Counted from the first letter of the stretch, positions 10,144-19,542 are shown. The stretch is 64,000 nucleotides of DNA from a bacterium (GCA_027490575.1 JAIXXV010000032.1:13211-77210); one strand, 5' to 3'. The notes: generated from the sequence alone by a model not told the origin. Program-made: numbers and translations.

Positions 10144-10361
10144 TTTCAGCACTTCAGAAACTTTAAAAAACAATCTTTATTTTATTTGACACCCCTTTGT
10201 CAAAATGGTTTTATATATCACAGAAACGACTGTCGGGTCGCTAGCGATATGGTATAAAAAGTGGTCTGGCTTTCAGTCAGCTCTCTTAGGGTAGCAATTT
10301 CCCTACCTATCAGGATCATTCAAAAACATAGGGGCCGACAACCCTTAGGAGGATAATAATC

Positions 10362-11222
10362 ATGCAAAGCGAATTAGAAAAACAAGTAGAAGGAGCAGAA
10401 GATGGTGCAGAAAAAGACGAAATCGACTCGAGCATCTCGAGTGAGGTAGTTACCACGACAACAACAGCGCAAGGTGTCAAGCTTACCGAGCGAGAGCTCA
10501 GGATGCTGTTTGTCAGGACAAATCTGATTGACGACCTTGTCATGAGTATCGCAGGGAAAGTCCCTAAGAATGAAAAGGATGCCGGCCGGATCAAGAAACT
10601 CATTATTGCGACTCCTGCACAAATCTTGATCTTTGTTATCATTATGATACTGGCAATATTCACAATTTCGTCAGCGAAACATCTTGATCAACTATTCACA
10701 GGGACTGTGTCCAGTGCACTACTCAGTGTATCAGCAATCATGCTAGTTTTTTCCATCATCTTCACGTTGATTTCTGCGATTCGATGGTGGTATGACTACA
10801 AAAAAGAGCAGATTGACGGTTTGAAGAAGGTTGAACTCTTCATCGAGCACTTCCTCGATTCAATCATCCCAATAGAACGAGTCGATCAGGATAAAGTAAT
10901 CCATGAACTAGATGAGTTCGTCTTGGAAAGACTAACAAAAGTCTATCTTCATCTGCAAGCATATGTGGAATATTGCTCTATAAATCACATGATTTCTGTG
11001 TACGGTGTTCCGGAAAATTACGCTGAGTACGAAGAAGAGTGTGAAGTCATGTTTGATATTGCAATTAAAATTGGATGGAGCGTTGGAAATATTAGCCATT
11101 CAAGAGGTCGAATTGCAGGTGCTATCAAACGTCGAATCGATGAACTTGGAGGAGACGGTCTCTGGTCTAATACCTACTACCAGAGATGTGTTCATGGGCA
11201 CACTTGGATATTCCCAACATAA
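10362..11222 (+). CDS. Hypothetical membrane protein (acidic N-terminal region, 2 central TM helices, C-terminal soluble domain)
   Basis: ORF with an AGGAGG Shine-Dalgarno 9 nt upstream and higher GC (~46%) than neighbours. Shares a leader motif with the next gene. Confidence 0.5.
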   Translation: MQSELEKQVEGAEDGAEKDEIDSSISSEVVTTTTTAQGVKLTERELRMLFVRTNLIDDLVMSIAGKVPKNEKDAGRIKKLIIATPAQILIFVIIMILAIFTISSAKHLDQLFTGTVSSALLSVSAIMLVFSIIFTLISAIRWWYDYKKEQIDGLKKVELFIEHFLDSIIPIERVDQDKVIHELDEFVLERLTKVYLHLQAYVEYCSINHMISVYGVPENYAEYEEECEVMFDIAIKIGWSVGNISHSRGRIAGAIKRRIDELGGDGLWSNTYYQRCVHGHTWIFPT

Positions 11223-11242
11223 GTACATGGTATAACCCGGTT

Positions 11243-11272
11243 TGTTTGATGATCCAGTATGCGCTCCGCCTG
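11243..11272 (+). terminator. Intrinsic terminator
   Basis: GCGCTCCGCCtgaaaatGGCGGAGCGTTTT. Confidence 0.6.
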
Positions 11273-11448
11273 AAAATGGCGGAGCGTTTTAATTATTTAC
11301 CTATTTACTTATAGTACAAAAATGCTTTAATCTACCTAGATTTTGGTTGTCGGACCATATCTCCAAACACGTAGCATGGAGTAACGGCCGAAAACCGTTG
11401 TTTCCTGGACCCGAAAAGTCCCGTTAATTTGGCACATTCAAAATACAA

Positions 11449-12249
11449 ATGAGGGGCCGACACTTCTCGCACTCAAATACAATGAAACTCAGTGAAATCA
11501 ACTACCGCTTTACAGTCGAACCTGTATTGAGACTAATCCAATCCATGATGAAAAATGGCAATTACATCACTCCACAGAGCTCAAGCAGAACTCTGTCGAT
11601 GATGTTTTGGCTAAATTCGTCCATACGAAACGAGCTGATGCAATGGACTTTCAAAATTGGTCCATCGTGGCCAGAAGATCCAAATCCTCTAAAATCAATT
11701 ACAGGCGCAATGATTGCATTCATCATTGCATTAGCAGCAGGAGTGGCGCAGTACTTATTTCCAAATTTAGTACCATTTTTGATCATTTTCTTGCCCTCAG
11801 CAGTACTGTGTATTTACTGGACCACACTGTCTTTAGCCGCTGTGGTAGTCAGAATCAAAAAAGCATGCTTTCTTACTGACTTTATCAACATAGTTGGTAC
11901 AATACCGCTAATAAGGAGGCAGCATCTCATAAACCCTGGACATCGTGAAAGTAGCTATGATTACCTTGTCGTGGTGATGCTTTTGCAACAACTCATGAGT
12001 GTTTCCAAAAAGGTCAAAGGTAATACTGAAGACCCGAAGCTAAAAGATGAAGAGAAAAGGCTATATGACTCAGCCTTCAAACTTGGTGTACTAGGAGATG
12101 ACATCTCGGCCGTATACACGTTGGTATATCGGTTGATTGAGGAAAAGGAGCAAGGTAAACCTATAGGATCGGGTCAAAATAGCGGCGGAGATGGAGACGG
12201 CTTTCCAGAACCTGACCCAGACGCACTCCCGACAAGCGTCCTTGGTTAA
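11449..12249 (+). CDS. Hypothetical membrane protein (2 TM hairpin; probable true start at 11482, MKLSEINY)
   Basis: The ORF track start is 11449. The conserved leader motif AGGGGCCGACA lies exactly 20 nt before ATG 11482, mirroring the arrangement of the upstream gene. Confidence 0.45.
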   Translation: MRGRHFSHSNTMKLSEINYRFTVEPVLRLIQSMMKNGNYITPQSSSRTLSMMFWLNSSIRNELMQWTFKIGPSWPEDPNPLKSITGAMIAFIIALAAGVAQYLFPNLVPFLIIFLPSAVLCIYWTTLSLAAVVVRIKKACFLTDFINIVGTIPLIRRQHLINPGHRESSYDYLVVVMLLQQLMSVSKKVKGNTEDPKLKDEEKRLYDSAFKLGVLGDDISAVYTLVYRLIEEKEQGKPIGSGQNSGGDGDGFPEPDPDALPTSVLG

Positions 12250-12383
12250 AGAGACAACGGAAGAGCGCCTGAGAAATCTGAGTAATAGAACGAGATTCTA
12301 GGACTGTGACCACTGTACCTGATAGCAAAGGTATGGTGGTTTTTTATTTGTAAATTATTAGCACCACCCACCTTTTGCACCCA

Positions 12384-12458
12384 ATTCTTAATCCTTAATT
12401 CTTAATTTGCCGGTTCTGTTAATTCTGCGGGCAATTGTCAATTGCTAATTACTAATTA
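12384..12458. repeat. Heptamer-periodic tandem repeat (ATTAGTA/ATTAGCA type), immediately after the nhaP stop
   Basis: cttaatc cttaatt cttaatt ... tgctaat tactaat tactaat shows 7-nt periodicity. Confidence 0.6.
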
Positions 12459-13832
12459 CTAATTGCTCACCTCCAACTTCCTCGCAACCCATTTAGTCAA
12501 AGGCGGTTGTATCACCAGAGTCATAATTATCACCCACATACCTATTGAGATAAGCATTTCAGGGTTACCAATATCGTATTTTGTCAAAAGACCACTGTAT
12601 GCAACTTGCACAAGAAGTACTGCTGGGATAACGCCAGTCTCTCGGACCCATGACATGAAGAGAAGCTCGCGAGTGTTAAGATCAATCTTCTTTGAAAAGA
12701 AACCGAGTGATAGAAATACTGAGGCAGGACGCACGATGAACATAAAGACAAGTCCGGCGAGTATTCCAAACCAAGCGTATTGTAGTAGCATTTGCACATT
12801 GACCAATGCTCCTAGGAGTATAAAGATACTTGGCTTTGCAATCCCCTCCACCAGCTGATTGAAAAATGTTTCTGTCTTGTGCACTTTTTCGTTCAATACA
12901 ACTAGAAGCCCTGCGATGAATGATGCTAAGTAACCACTTCCGCCAAACAGTACCGCAAATGCATATGCCATAATAGGGATAGCGATGAAGAAACCGATGT
13001 CGGCGTGGCACTCCGCACGCATTACCCTTTGTCTAACAAAAAATCGGATTGCAAAGAATCCGATAATACCAACTATTGACCCTACTACTAGCTCTTTTGA
13101 TAGGAAAATCATTGATTCCATAGAGACTAGTGCGCTAATACCTTGTGACATGTGCGTAAAAGCCCCTGCTCTTTCTACATACGTGATAAATGCCAATGTG
13201 ACCAAAGTACCAACCACGTCCGTCAATGCACTTTCTGAAACCAAGATGTCTTTGATACGGTCTTTCTTGAGCTTAAGCTCTTTGAACACAGGGATGATGG
13301 CTGCTGGATCAGTCGATGCAAGTATTGCCCCCAAAAGTAGTGCTAGCGACACGGACATTGTCATACCTGTCACTGTGCCGAGGACCGATAGACCTTGTGC
13401 CATAAAGAGAGTAGATGCCACAAGTCCGATGAAAGATAGTAGTACGGTAGGTAAAACTATTTTTCTAAATGATGAAAACGATATCTCCAAGCCTCCACCA
13501 AAAAGTATATATACCGCTGATATAGTAACTATCATGTTTAGAGCTGCGCTGTTTTCTATAAGTGGTTCCAACAAGTTGTGCATACTTAAACCTATAAACA
13601 AGGCAACTAGAAACGATGGAAATATTGTCCCCCTAGAGAGCGAGTGACAGATGGTACCCAGAAGAAACATTCCTCCTATCAAAAACAGTGGGGTTATACC
13701 CCCTACATGATCCACAGGAATCATTTCCGAATACTGTACAAACAATGCATTGAATATTGCAAAAACCGTAACACTGGTCAAAAGTATAAATGATGATGAA
13801 TGTCTCTTAAGCTTGCTTAGTTTGGCTATCAT
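12459..13832 (-). CDS. Na+/H+ (cation:proton) antiporter, CPA1/NhaP family
   Basis: About 12 TM helices and a typical CPA1 core (ILFGGGLE...ILASTDPAAIIPV). Confidence 0.8.
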   Translation of the reverse strand: MIAKLSKLKRHSSSFILLTSVTVFAIFNALFVQYSEMIPVDHVGGITPLFLIGGMFLLGTICHSLSRGTIFPSFLVALFIGLSMHNLLEPLIENSAALNMIVTISAVYILFGGGLEISFSSFRKIVLPTVLLSFIGLVASTLFMAQGLSVLGTVTGMTMSVSLALLLGAILASTDPAAIIPVFKELKLKKDRIKDILVSESALTDVVGTLVTLAFITYVERAGAFTHMSQGISALVSMESMIFLSKELVVGSIVGIIGFFAIRFFVRQRVMRAECHADIGFFIAIPIMAYAFAVLFGGSGYLASFIAGLLVVLNEKVHKTETFFNQLVEGIAKPSIFILLGALVNVQMLLQYAWFGILAGLVFMFIVRPASVFLSLGFFSKKIDLNTRELLFMSWVRETGVIPAVLLVQVAYSGLLTKYDIGNPEMLISIGMWVIIMTLVIQPPLTKWVARKLEVSN

Positions 13833-14024
13833 ATTGGTGATTAATTTTTAATATATCTTTTCTAAAAAATCAAAAAACCACATGGCGCGCGGCTTTTGTA
13901 TCTGAGGAGAAAATGATCGATGAGCTGATTTGAGATCAGACCACCAACTTTCTCAAACTGAGTTCTAAACCTTTTAGTTACATCAGTACTCAAGTCGTGG
14001 AGGCTATAATTATATTGATTCTTG

Positions 14025-14046
14025 TGGGCGGTAGAGGATTCGGTCC
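14025..14046 (-). repeat. Partial duplicate of the tRNA-Val 3' end (T-arm/acceptor fragment)
   Basis: TGGGCGGTAGAGGATTCGgtCC here versus TGGGCGGTAGAGGATTCGaaCC at 14181-14202. Confidence 0.6.
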
Positions 14047-14180
14047 TTACAGGACCAGTACAGGTTTCCTATTTTCTCAAAGCTCGACAAATCTCGCTTT
14101 TCAAAAATATAGGATAACCTTTTCGAATCCTCCAGAAGCGATGCTTCTGCCGCCTATAACCGTACTTCGTACGATCACTG

Positions 14181-14253
14181 TGGGCGGTAGAGGATTCGAA
14201 CCTCTGACATCAACAACGTCAATGTTGCGCTCTACCAACTGAGCTAACCGCCC
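14181..14253 (-). tRNA. tRNA-Val (anticodon GAC)
   Basis: Reverse complement GGGCGGTTAGCTCAGTTGGTAGAGCGCAACATTGACGTTGTTGATGTCAGAGGTTCGAATCCTCTACCGCCCA folds as a cloverleaf. The anticodon loop is TTGACGT. CCA is not encoded. Confidence 0.85.
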
Positions 14254-14361
14254 ATGCCCTGTTTTTGTCTAGTTTTACAGCTTTATATCTTACCTTTCAG
14301 TAAATATATCGACTAGTAATTTTTAACAAAACGCATTTTTTAGTGTAGCAAATACACGTAA

Positions 14362-15195
14362 TTATTTCAACATAAATTGACACATTATTGCCATATGATC
14401 TGAAACATTACCTACAACCTTTGCTTTGTCTAGGTAAAACCTATTTCCTGAGAACATACAGTCTACCACTAGCATTAACCCGCCTGCTCTATGCAAGGTT
14501 TTATCAATTGTGGTTTTACAATCTTTTGGAACATTGTCGTTAAGGATACTGGACAAGCTATCGTACAGACACTTCCCTCTTGGTGAATTCAGGTCACCGC
14601 AAAGTATCGTGTTTTCTAAATCTTTTTTTGATAAAAAGTTTATAAGATTTTCATAATGACGCATTTGTTCACCTGTAACCCCCCCTTTACCAGACCAAGT
14701 AAAGTGAATATTTGCTATTGAAAAAGACGTTTCCCTTTCCTTCCCATTTACTACAAAATTTGCCAAAGTTAAATTTCTTCGATAAGTTTCCGAGTGTTTA
14801 TTTTTGTCATGGTAAACAATCTCTTTATCTGGAAAATCTCCATAGGAAAAAATCTCACTTGAGCCTATTTTGTGTTTTGAAAGTATCAATGTCCCTGATT
14901 TTGAGAAATCATACTTTTCTAAAGCACCTTTTTCTTCATTTACTACTATTTCATAATGATTCATCAGCTTACTATAAAGAAAATCACCTGTAGGCGTCAT
15001 GGTCTTTTCCTTGTAAGGTAAAATGGTTGCCGGCGAAAATAAATGGTGATGCATATTCAAGGAATGAGAGAGGTAATCTATATCTTTCTCAAAGACCTCC
15101 TGTAGACAAGCAACGTCTGGGTTTTGCTCTTTTATGAAAGGTATAAATTTGTCAAAATGCTTATCCAGTTCAATGTTTAATGTTATAACTTTCAT
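14362..15195 (-). CDS. Endonuclease/exonuclease/phosphatase (EEP) family protein
   Basis: N-terminus MKVITLNI...NPDVACLQEV and a C-terminal SDHMAI motif are typical of the EEP fold. Flanked by two tRNA genes. Confidence 0.7.
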   Translation of the reverse strand: MKVITLNIELDKHFDKFIPFIKEQNPDVACLQEVFEKDIDYLSHSLNMHHHLFSPATILPYKEKTMTPTGDFLYSKLMNHYEIVVNEEKGALEKYDFSKSGTLILSKHKIGSSEIFSYGDFPDKEIVYHDKNKHSETYRRNLTLANFVVNGKERETSFSIANIHFTWSGKGGVTGEQMRHYENLINFLSKKDLENTILCGDLNSPRGKCLYDSLSSILNDNVPKDCKTTIDKTLHRAGGLMLVVDCMFSGNRFYLDKAKVVGNVSDHMAIMCQFMLK

Positions 15196-15322
15196 AGATT
15201 TATGATTACTAATATATCATAAGTCAGAAAATCACCTTACCTTTATATATTTTGCTTTTTTTAACAAAAATGTTATATTGTTGACCACGCAATGGCTGTA
15301 TAGTACAGCTTGAGCAAACCAT

Positions 15323-15385
15323 GGCCCTATCGTCTAACCTGTTTAGAATATAGCGGACACGGCCTTTTCAATGAAAAGGTAGGTT
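15323..15385 (+). pseudogene. tRNA-Glu 5'-half pseudo-copy (D-arm with insertion plus anticodon arm; no T-arm or acceptor 3' strand)
   Basis: GGCCCTATCGTCTAAC...GGACACGGCCTTTTCAA repeats the first ~40 nt of the downstream tRNA-Glu, then diverges into a CCTTTTCAATGAAAAGG hairpin. Confidence 0.55.
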
Positions 15386-15403
15386 TGGTAAAAAACAATA
15401 TAT

Positions 15404-15475
15404 GGCCCTATCGTCTAACGGTTAGGACACGGCCTTTTCAAGGCTGTAATCGGAGTTCGATTCTCCGTAGGGTCA
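15404..15475 (+). tRNA. tRNA-Glu (anticodon TTC)
   Basis: GGCCCTATCGTCTAACGGTTAGGACACGGCCTTTTCAAGGCTGTAATCGGAGTTCGATTCTCCGTAGGGTCA folds as a cloverleaf. The anticodon loop is TTTTCAA. Confidence 0.85.
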
Positions 15476-15584
15476 CAGATTTTAACGAACAAAGTGAGTA
15501 TAAAATCGTGATGCAGGGGTACTTCATATTTTCGAGCTTGCAATGAAAATATGTTAGTACCAGCTGCGCACAGATTTTAACGAA
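15474..15584 (+). repeat. 16-bp direct repeat CACAGATTTTAACGAA (15474-15489 and 15569-15584) flanking ~79 bp, starting at the tRNA-Glu 3' end
   Basis: Exact 16-nt duplicate. The first copy overlaps the discriminator and 3' end of tRNA-Glu, giving an att-site-like footprint. Confidence 0.5.
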
Positions 15585-15684
15585 ACAGTTCTCAAGCATA
15601 TAAATCTTTTTTTGCTTACATAGCTATCACAATCATAAGTAAAAAGGGGTTGAAAATCAGATTATTTGATATACTTACTTCTAT

Positions 15685-16128
15685 ATGGAAACCAAAAAAG
15701 TAGGAGCTGGTTTTGGAATAATGATACTCCGAGACAATAAAGTATTACTCGGACAAAGACACATTGACCCCGAGAAAGCTGACAGTGAATTAAACGGCGA
15801 AGGCACGTGGACTATGCCCGGAGGAAAACTAGAGTTTGGAGAAAGCTTCGAGGAAGGAGCAGTGAGAGAAGTTCAAGAAGAGACGGGTATAGATTTAGAC
15901 ATAAAGGATGTAAAGGTTATTAGTCTTTCCAATGATATGGTTCCGACTGCTCATTTTGTAACTATCGGTCTTTTGTGTTTAAACTGCCCACAAGATCCGA
16001 AAGTAATGGAACCTGACGAAATAACCCAGTGGAACTGGTTTGACTTAGAAAATCTTCCTGAACCACTTTTCGAGCCAAGTAGAAAGATTATTCAAAATTA
16101 TTTGAGCGGTGTGTTTTATAATGGTTAA
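15685..16128 (+). CDS. NUDIX hydrolase
   Basis: Nudix box GGKLEFGESFEEGAVREVQEETG. Confidence 0.8.
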   Translation: METKKVGAGFGIMILRDNKVLLGQRHIDPEKADSELNGEGTWTMPGGKLEFGESFEEGAVREVQEETGIDLDIKDVKVISLSNDMVPTAHFVTIGLLCLNCPQDPKVMEPDEITQWNWFDLENLPEPLFEPSRKIIQNYLSGVFYNG

Positions 16129-16218
16129 TGTTGACTACATCTTTTTATAATTGTAACATCTTCGGCAGAACCCAGAGTTCCAAATACAAACCTCAAAACA
16201 TGAAAGGAAACGACATAG

Positions 16219-16860
16219 ATGAACATTTCAGAAGAGATTTCAATTAGGGTCAACAGAAACTTGACAGATCGCCTTGGCGGCCTGGAAAGCCAACTGGTTG
16301 AAACAATGAGTAAGGAGAGGGTAAAAATGGCCAAAAGGCAAATGCTTTCAAAGTACACAGCTGCCATTGCAGTCAATTTCACCGATTGGATAGGAAAAAC
16401 CTACCCGTGGACAAGAAGCCTTGAAGCTCAGTTGGCGCTCATGGATCTTCTTAACCAAGAGCAGACTAATGATCGAATCGGGGCGCTGCACAGGCTTGCT
16501 AAACAATGCCAAGCAATGCCACAGGAAGAGCATTTTGCCGTCGTTGAAGAAAAAGTTTCTGCTGTTCGCCACCTACTCACGAACATCAAGACAGTAGGTA
16601 TTAGTGGTTTAGCCGTAATAGCAATACTTGAAAATGCATCTGAGGTTTTTATGCCCACACTTGAAAGTTGGGCTATATCACTTGGTTGCATCGACTTTGA
16701 GTATTTTGAAGTGAAGGAAAAGCCAAACGGCAAACATGCTAGTTCCCTGCTAAATGGTCTAGAAATCGAATTGTCTCGGAATTATCGCAACTTGGACCAA
16801 CTTCTCAGTACTGCAGAAGCTCACAGTCTCAAGCTATTATCCAGCATCTTCAGTATCTAG
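16219..16860 (+). CDS. Hypothetical protein
   Basis: 213-aa ORF, mostly helical by composition; no family recognised. Confidence 0.4.
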   Translation: MNISEEISIRVNRNLTDRLGGLESQLVETMSKERVKMAKRQMLSKYTAAIAVNFTDWIGKTYPWTRSLEAQLALMDLLNQEQTNDRIGALHRLAKQCQAMPQEEHFAVVEEKVSAVRHLLTNIKTVGISGLAVIAILENASEVFMPTLESWAISLGCIDFEYFEVKEKPNGKHASSLLNGLEIELSRNYRNLDQLLSTAEAHSLKLLSSIFSI

Positions 16861-16943
16861 ATTGTGGCCAAAGTCCTGTTTATCGTACCCCTACCCTGCC
16901 ACTTCACGGTGCGCAGGGCTTTTATATAAAGAAGCAACATGCA

Positions 16944-17237
16944 TTAGGCCTTGGACATATACTCAGTATTAAATATTTCTAGCATTTCAGACTCAGTAAA
17001 ATCTTCTTGTTTGTAACAATCATCGTGGTTCTCATTTGCGAAAGCCAGAGTATATTTTCCATCATCTTGTTTTTTCACACCATACAAACTTATAGCACCG
17101 TACTCTATTGAGTGAATGATTTGAGACATAGTACCAATCAACTCTTCCTTATCCTCCTGATACTCATGATCATGAAAATGATACATAAGCAGCGCTTTGT
17201 CGATTGGTGGGTTTTCACCTTGGTGTGGATTTTCCAT
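16944..17237 (-). CDS. Hypothetical small acidic protein
   Basis: 97-aa ORF. Confidence 0.35.
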   Translation of the reverse strand: MENPHQGENPPIDKALLMYHFHDHEYQEDKEELIGTMSQIIHSIEYGAISLYGVKKQDDGKYTLAFANENHDDCYKQEDFTESEMLEIFNTEYMSKA

Positions 17238-17296
17238 TTGTTTTGATTATAACATTATCTGACAACTACTACACGTTAACATATATCTGCTACTTG

Positions 17297-18016
17297 CTAA
17301 CACCCTCCCCACAACCCAACTCCCGCACTCTTTGCAACTCCCTCAGCCGTCCTAAACACATTTTGCATCTTTGTATCTGGCTTATATGCCTTAGCACGAG
17401 CGTAACCACCCTCAACTAGTTTTAGGTTTACAAAACCGACATCAACGTACTCACCTGTCACATTATCTTTTTCGACTACATAAACATAACGAAGCAGTCT
17501 TCCAAAACGGTCCTTGTCGCTGACATCTTTTTCTAACCTAACTACTTTTCCAAAAACCAACTCTTCGTTTTTCAACTTCGCATTCAGACCATAGCACTGT
17601 ACCTCCTCAGTCGGATGCGCCGTCTCAGGTGCATCGATACCGATATATCGAACCTTCCACTCACCTTCTCTGTTTCGTACCTCTACAGTGTCACCATCGA
17701 CAATCCTAGTCACTAGATATTGCCCTGCTTGAAGTTGATTTAAAGTATTTTGAACAAATGATTCGTCCAAGACGCGCACATTTGGAGTATCTACTTCTGT
17801 GCCTTTATTATTCTCCGCTTCAGAATCATTAAGCTGTGTTGATTGATTTAGAGATTTATTTCCAATATTAAAATTTTCAGAAAGTATGTTGTTCGCAAGG
17901 ATGTCATAACCAAAAAACACCAAAAGTAAGGCGACTATCAAATACAGTATTTTTTTGGTGTTTTTAGAGCTCATTATGTTTAGTGAAGGTATTATATTAT
18001 AATCAGACCAGAACAT
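17297..18016 (-). CDS. Membrane-anchored/secreted thermonuclease (staphylococcal nuclease-like, SNase)
   Basis: N-terminal TM/signal segment (KKILYLIVALLLVFFGY), then DGDTVEV...VRYIGIDAPE and YGRLLRYVY, the SNase catalytic core pattern. Confidence 0.8.
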   Translation of the reverse strand: MFWSDYNIIPSLNIMSSKNTKKILYLIVALLLVFFGYDILANNILSENFNIGNKSLNQSTQLNDSEAENNKGTEVDTPNVRVLDESFVQNTLNQLQAGQYLVTRIVDGDTVEVRNREGEWKVRYIGIDAPETAHPTEEVQCYGLNAKLKNEELVFGKVVRLEKDVSDKDRFGRLLRYVYVVEKDNVTGEYVDVGFVNLKLVEGGYARAKAYKPDTKMQNVFRTAEGVAKSAGVGLWGGC

Positions 18017-18086
18017 GAAACTCGGTCAGGTAAAAAACAGTTAAAAAAACCGACATATTAGTACAAATCATTAACTACACAAAATC

Positions 18087-18443
18087 ATGCCACTACCTAT
18101 GCCAAATGCTGTTCCTGAACCAGGATACTACTATCACTACAAACATGACGCAGAGGGTTCTGTAGACAACTACGCCTACTATGTTGTTGGAGTCGGATTC
18201 CACACTGAGGATGATCCACGTGAAGGAGAGGCTCATTTCTTGATTTACCAACCTCTTTATCCTGCCGCTGTCTATACAGCATCTACAGAACTTGGACTAC
18301 CTTGCTTTGACGCTCGGCCACTGAGTATGTGGATGGAATCTGTTGAGTACAAAGGTCAAACATTGCCAAGATTTAGCAAAATCACTGACCCAGCAGTGCT
18401 GTCACAGTTGGAAGCAAAGCGTGCGGAGATGTATGGTGTTTAG
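18087..18443 (+). CDS. DUF1653 domain protein
   Basis: YYHYKHD...YYVVGVGFHTEDD...FLIYQPLY...RPLSMWMESVEYKGQTLPRF matches the DUF1653 consensus (YRHYKG..Y.V.G.A.H.ET...VVY..LY...W.RP..MF...V...G..VPRF). Confidence 0.6.
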   Translation: MPLPMPNAVPEPGYYYHYKHDAEGSVDNYAYYVVGVGFHTEDDPREGEAHFLIYQPLYPAAVYTASTELGLPCFDARPLSMWMESVEYKGQTLPRFSKITDPAVLSQLEAKRAEMYGV

Positions 18444-18487
18444 TTGTATTGAATGATTAAGAAGCTCTATTATTAAATATTGAAACG

Positions 18488-18976
18488 ATGACACCAGAAA
18501 TAAAAAGCAGGAAAGATTACCTCAAAAAGCTCAACTATTTAAACAAGGAAAAAATCTGCGGATTTTGTAATATTAAAAAAGAATTTATCATTAAAGAGTT
18601 CAAAAATTGGATATGGGTATTTAGTGAGTTTCCGTACTGGAAGTACAATACGATTATCATCTCAAAAAAGCATAAGACCAATTTTTCAGAACTAACATCT
18701 AGAGAAGTATCTGAATTAAAAGATATTTTTGTATTTGCTGAAAATAGTTACAAAAAAGCAGATATAGTAAAAGACGATTCTACTTGGGGAATGGATATAT
18801 TGTGGAGACAAAGAGCAAAGACCAATGGTTACGAGACAAGGTCACATATTCATATACATTTATGCCCACAACCCGAAGGCAGGTTTAATCCTATTCTAGA
18901 CAACAAATCACATAAAATAAAGCCAGAACTACTAATTAGCGCTGCAAAAACATTGAGAACAAAGCAGATAAAGTAG
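18488..18976 (+). CDS. HIT (histidine triad)-like nucleotide-binding protein
   Basis: C-terminal SHIHIHLCP resembles the HxHxHxx triad. Assigned to the HIT superfamily only. Confidence 0.5.
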   Translation: MTPEIKSRKDYLKKLNYLNKEKICGFCNIKKEFIIKEFKNWIWVFSEFPYWKYNTIIISKKHKTNFSELTSREVSELKDIFVFAENSYKKADIVKDDSTWGMDILWRQRAKTNGYETRSHIHIHLCPQPEGRFNPILDNKSHKIKPELLISAAKTLRTKQIK

Positions 18977-18978
18977 AC

Positions 18979-19509
18979 CTAAACCAAACTCCCCCACCTC
19001 TCCACATGACACGTATACCCACCTGGATTCTTCTGTAGGTAGTCTTGGTGATAATCCTCAGCTGACCAAAACTTTTTAAATGGTTCTAGTGTAGTGACGA
19101 CTGGATCTTTCCAAAGACCACTTTCATTTACAATCTTTATCATTTTTTCAGCATCTTGTTTTTCTTCTTCATCTTGATAGAAAATTGCGGATCTGTATGA
19201 AGAACCGATATCATTTCCCTGACGATTGACCGTAGTTGGATTATGAATTCTGAAGAAATAATCAAGTATTTTTAAATAACTCGTAACTGCTGGGTCGTAT
19301 GTTATTTCCATTGCCTCAGCGTGCGATTCTGCAGAATCGTGTCGCGCAATGTCCATTGAAGCGCGACCGTGACGCTCGTATGTAGGATTATCATTTTGTC
19401 CACCACTATAACCTACCTCAGAATCAATCACACCTTCTTGCTTTCTAAATAGCTCTTCCATTCCCCAGAAACATCCACCTGCAATATATGCTTTTTTATA
19501 GTTGTTCAT
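18979..19509 (-). CDS. msrA: Peptide methionine sulfoxide reductase MsrA
   Basis: [15 protein letters not shown] matches the MsrA active site GCFWG. Confidence 0.9.
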   Translation of the reverse strand: MNNYKKAYIAGGCFWGMEELFRKQEGVIDSEVGYSGGQNDNPTYERHGRASMDIARHDSAESHAEAMEITYDPAVTSYLKILDYFFRIHNPTTVNRQGNDIGSSYRSAIFYQDEEEKQDAEKMIKIVNESGLWKDPVVTTLEPFKKFWSAEDYHQDYLQKNPGGYTCHVERWGSLV

Positions 19510-19542
19510 AATTACTAATTGTTAACTACCAATTGATAATTG
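19510..19542. repeat. Heptamer-periodic repeat filling the msrB-stop to msrA-start gap exactly
   Basis: taattac taattgt taactac caattga taattgc. Confidence 0.5.

Noticed and set aside
13997-14242. 81-aa ORF from the six-frame track overlapping the tRNA-Val region
   Set aside because: It lies across the tRNA-Val gene and its duplicated fragment on the opposite strand, so it is a spurious ORF created by GC-rich tRNA sequence.
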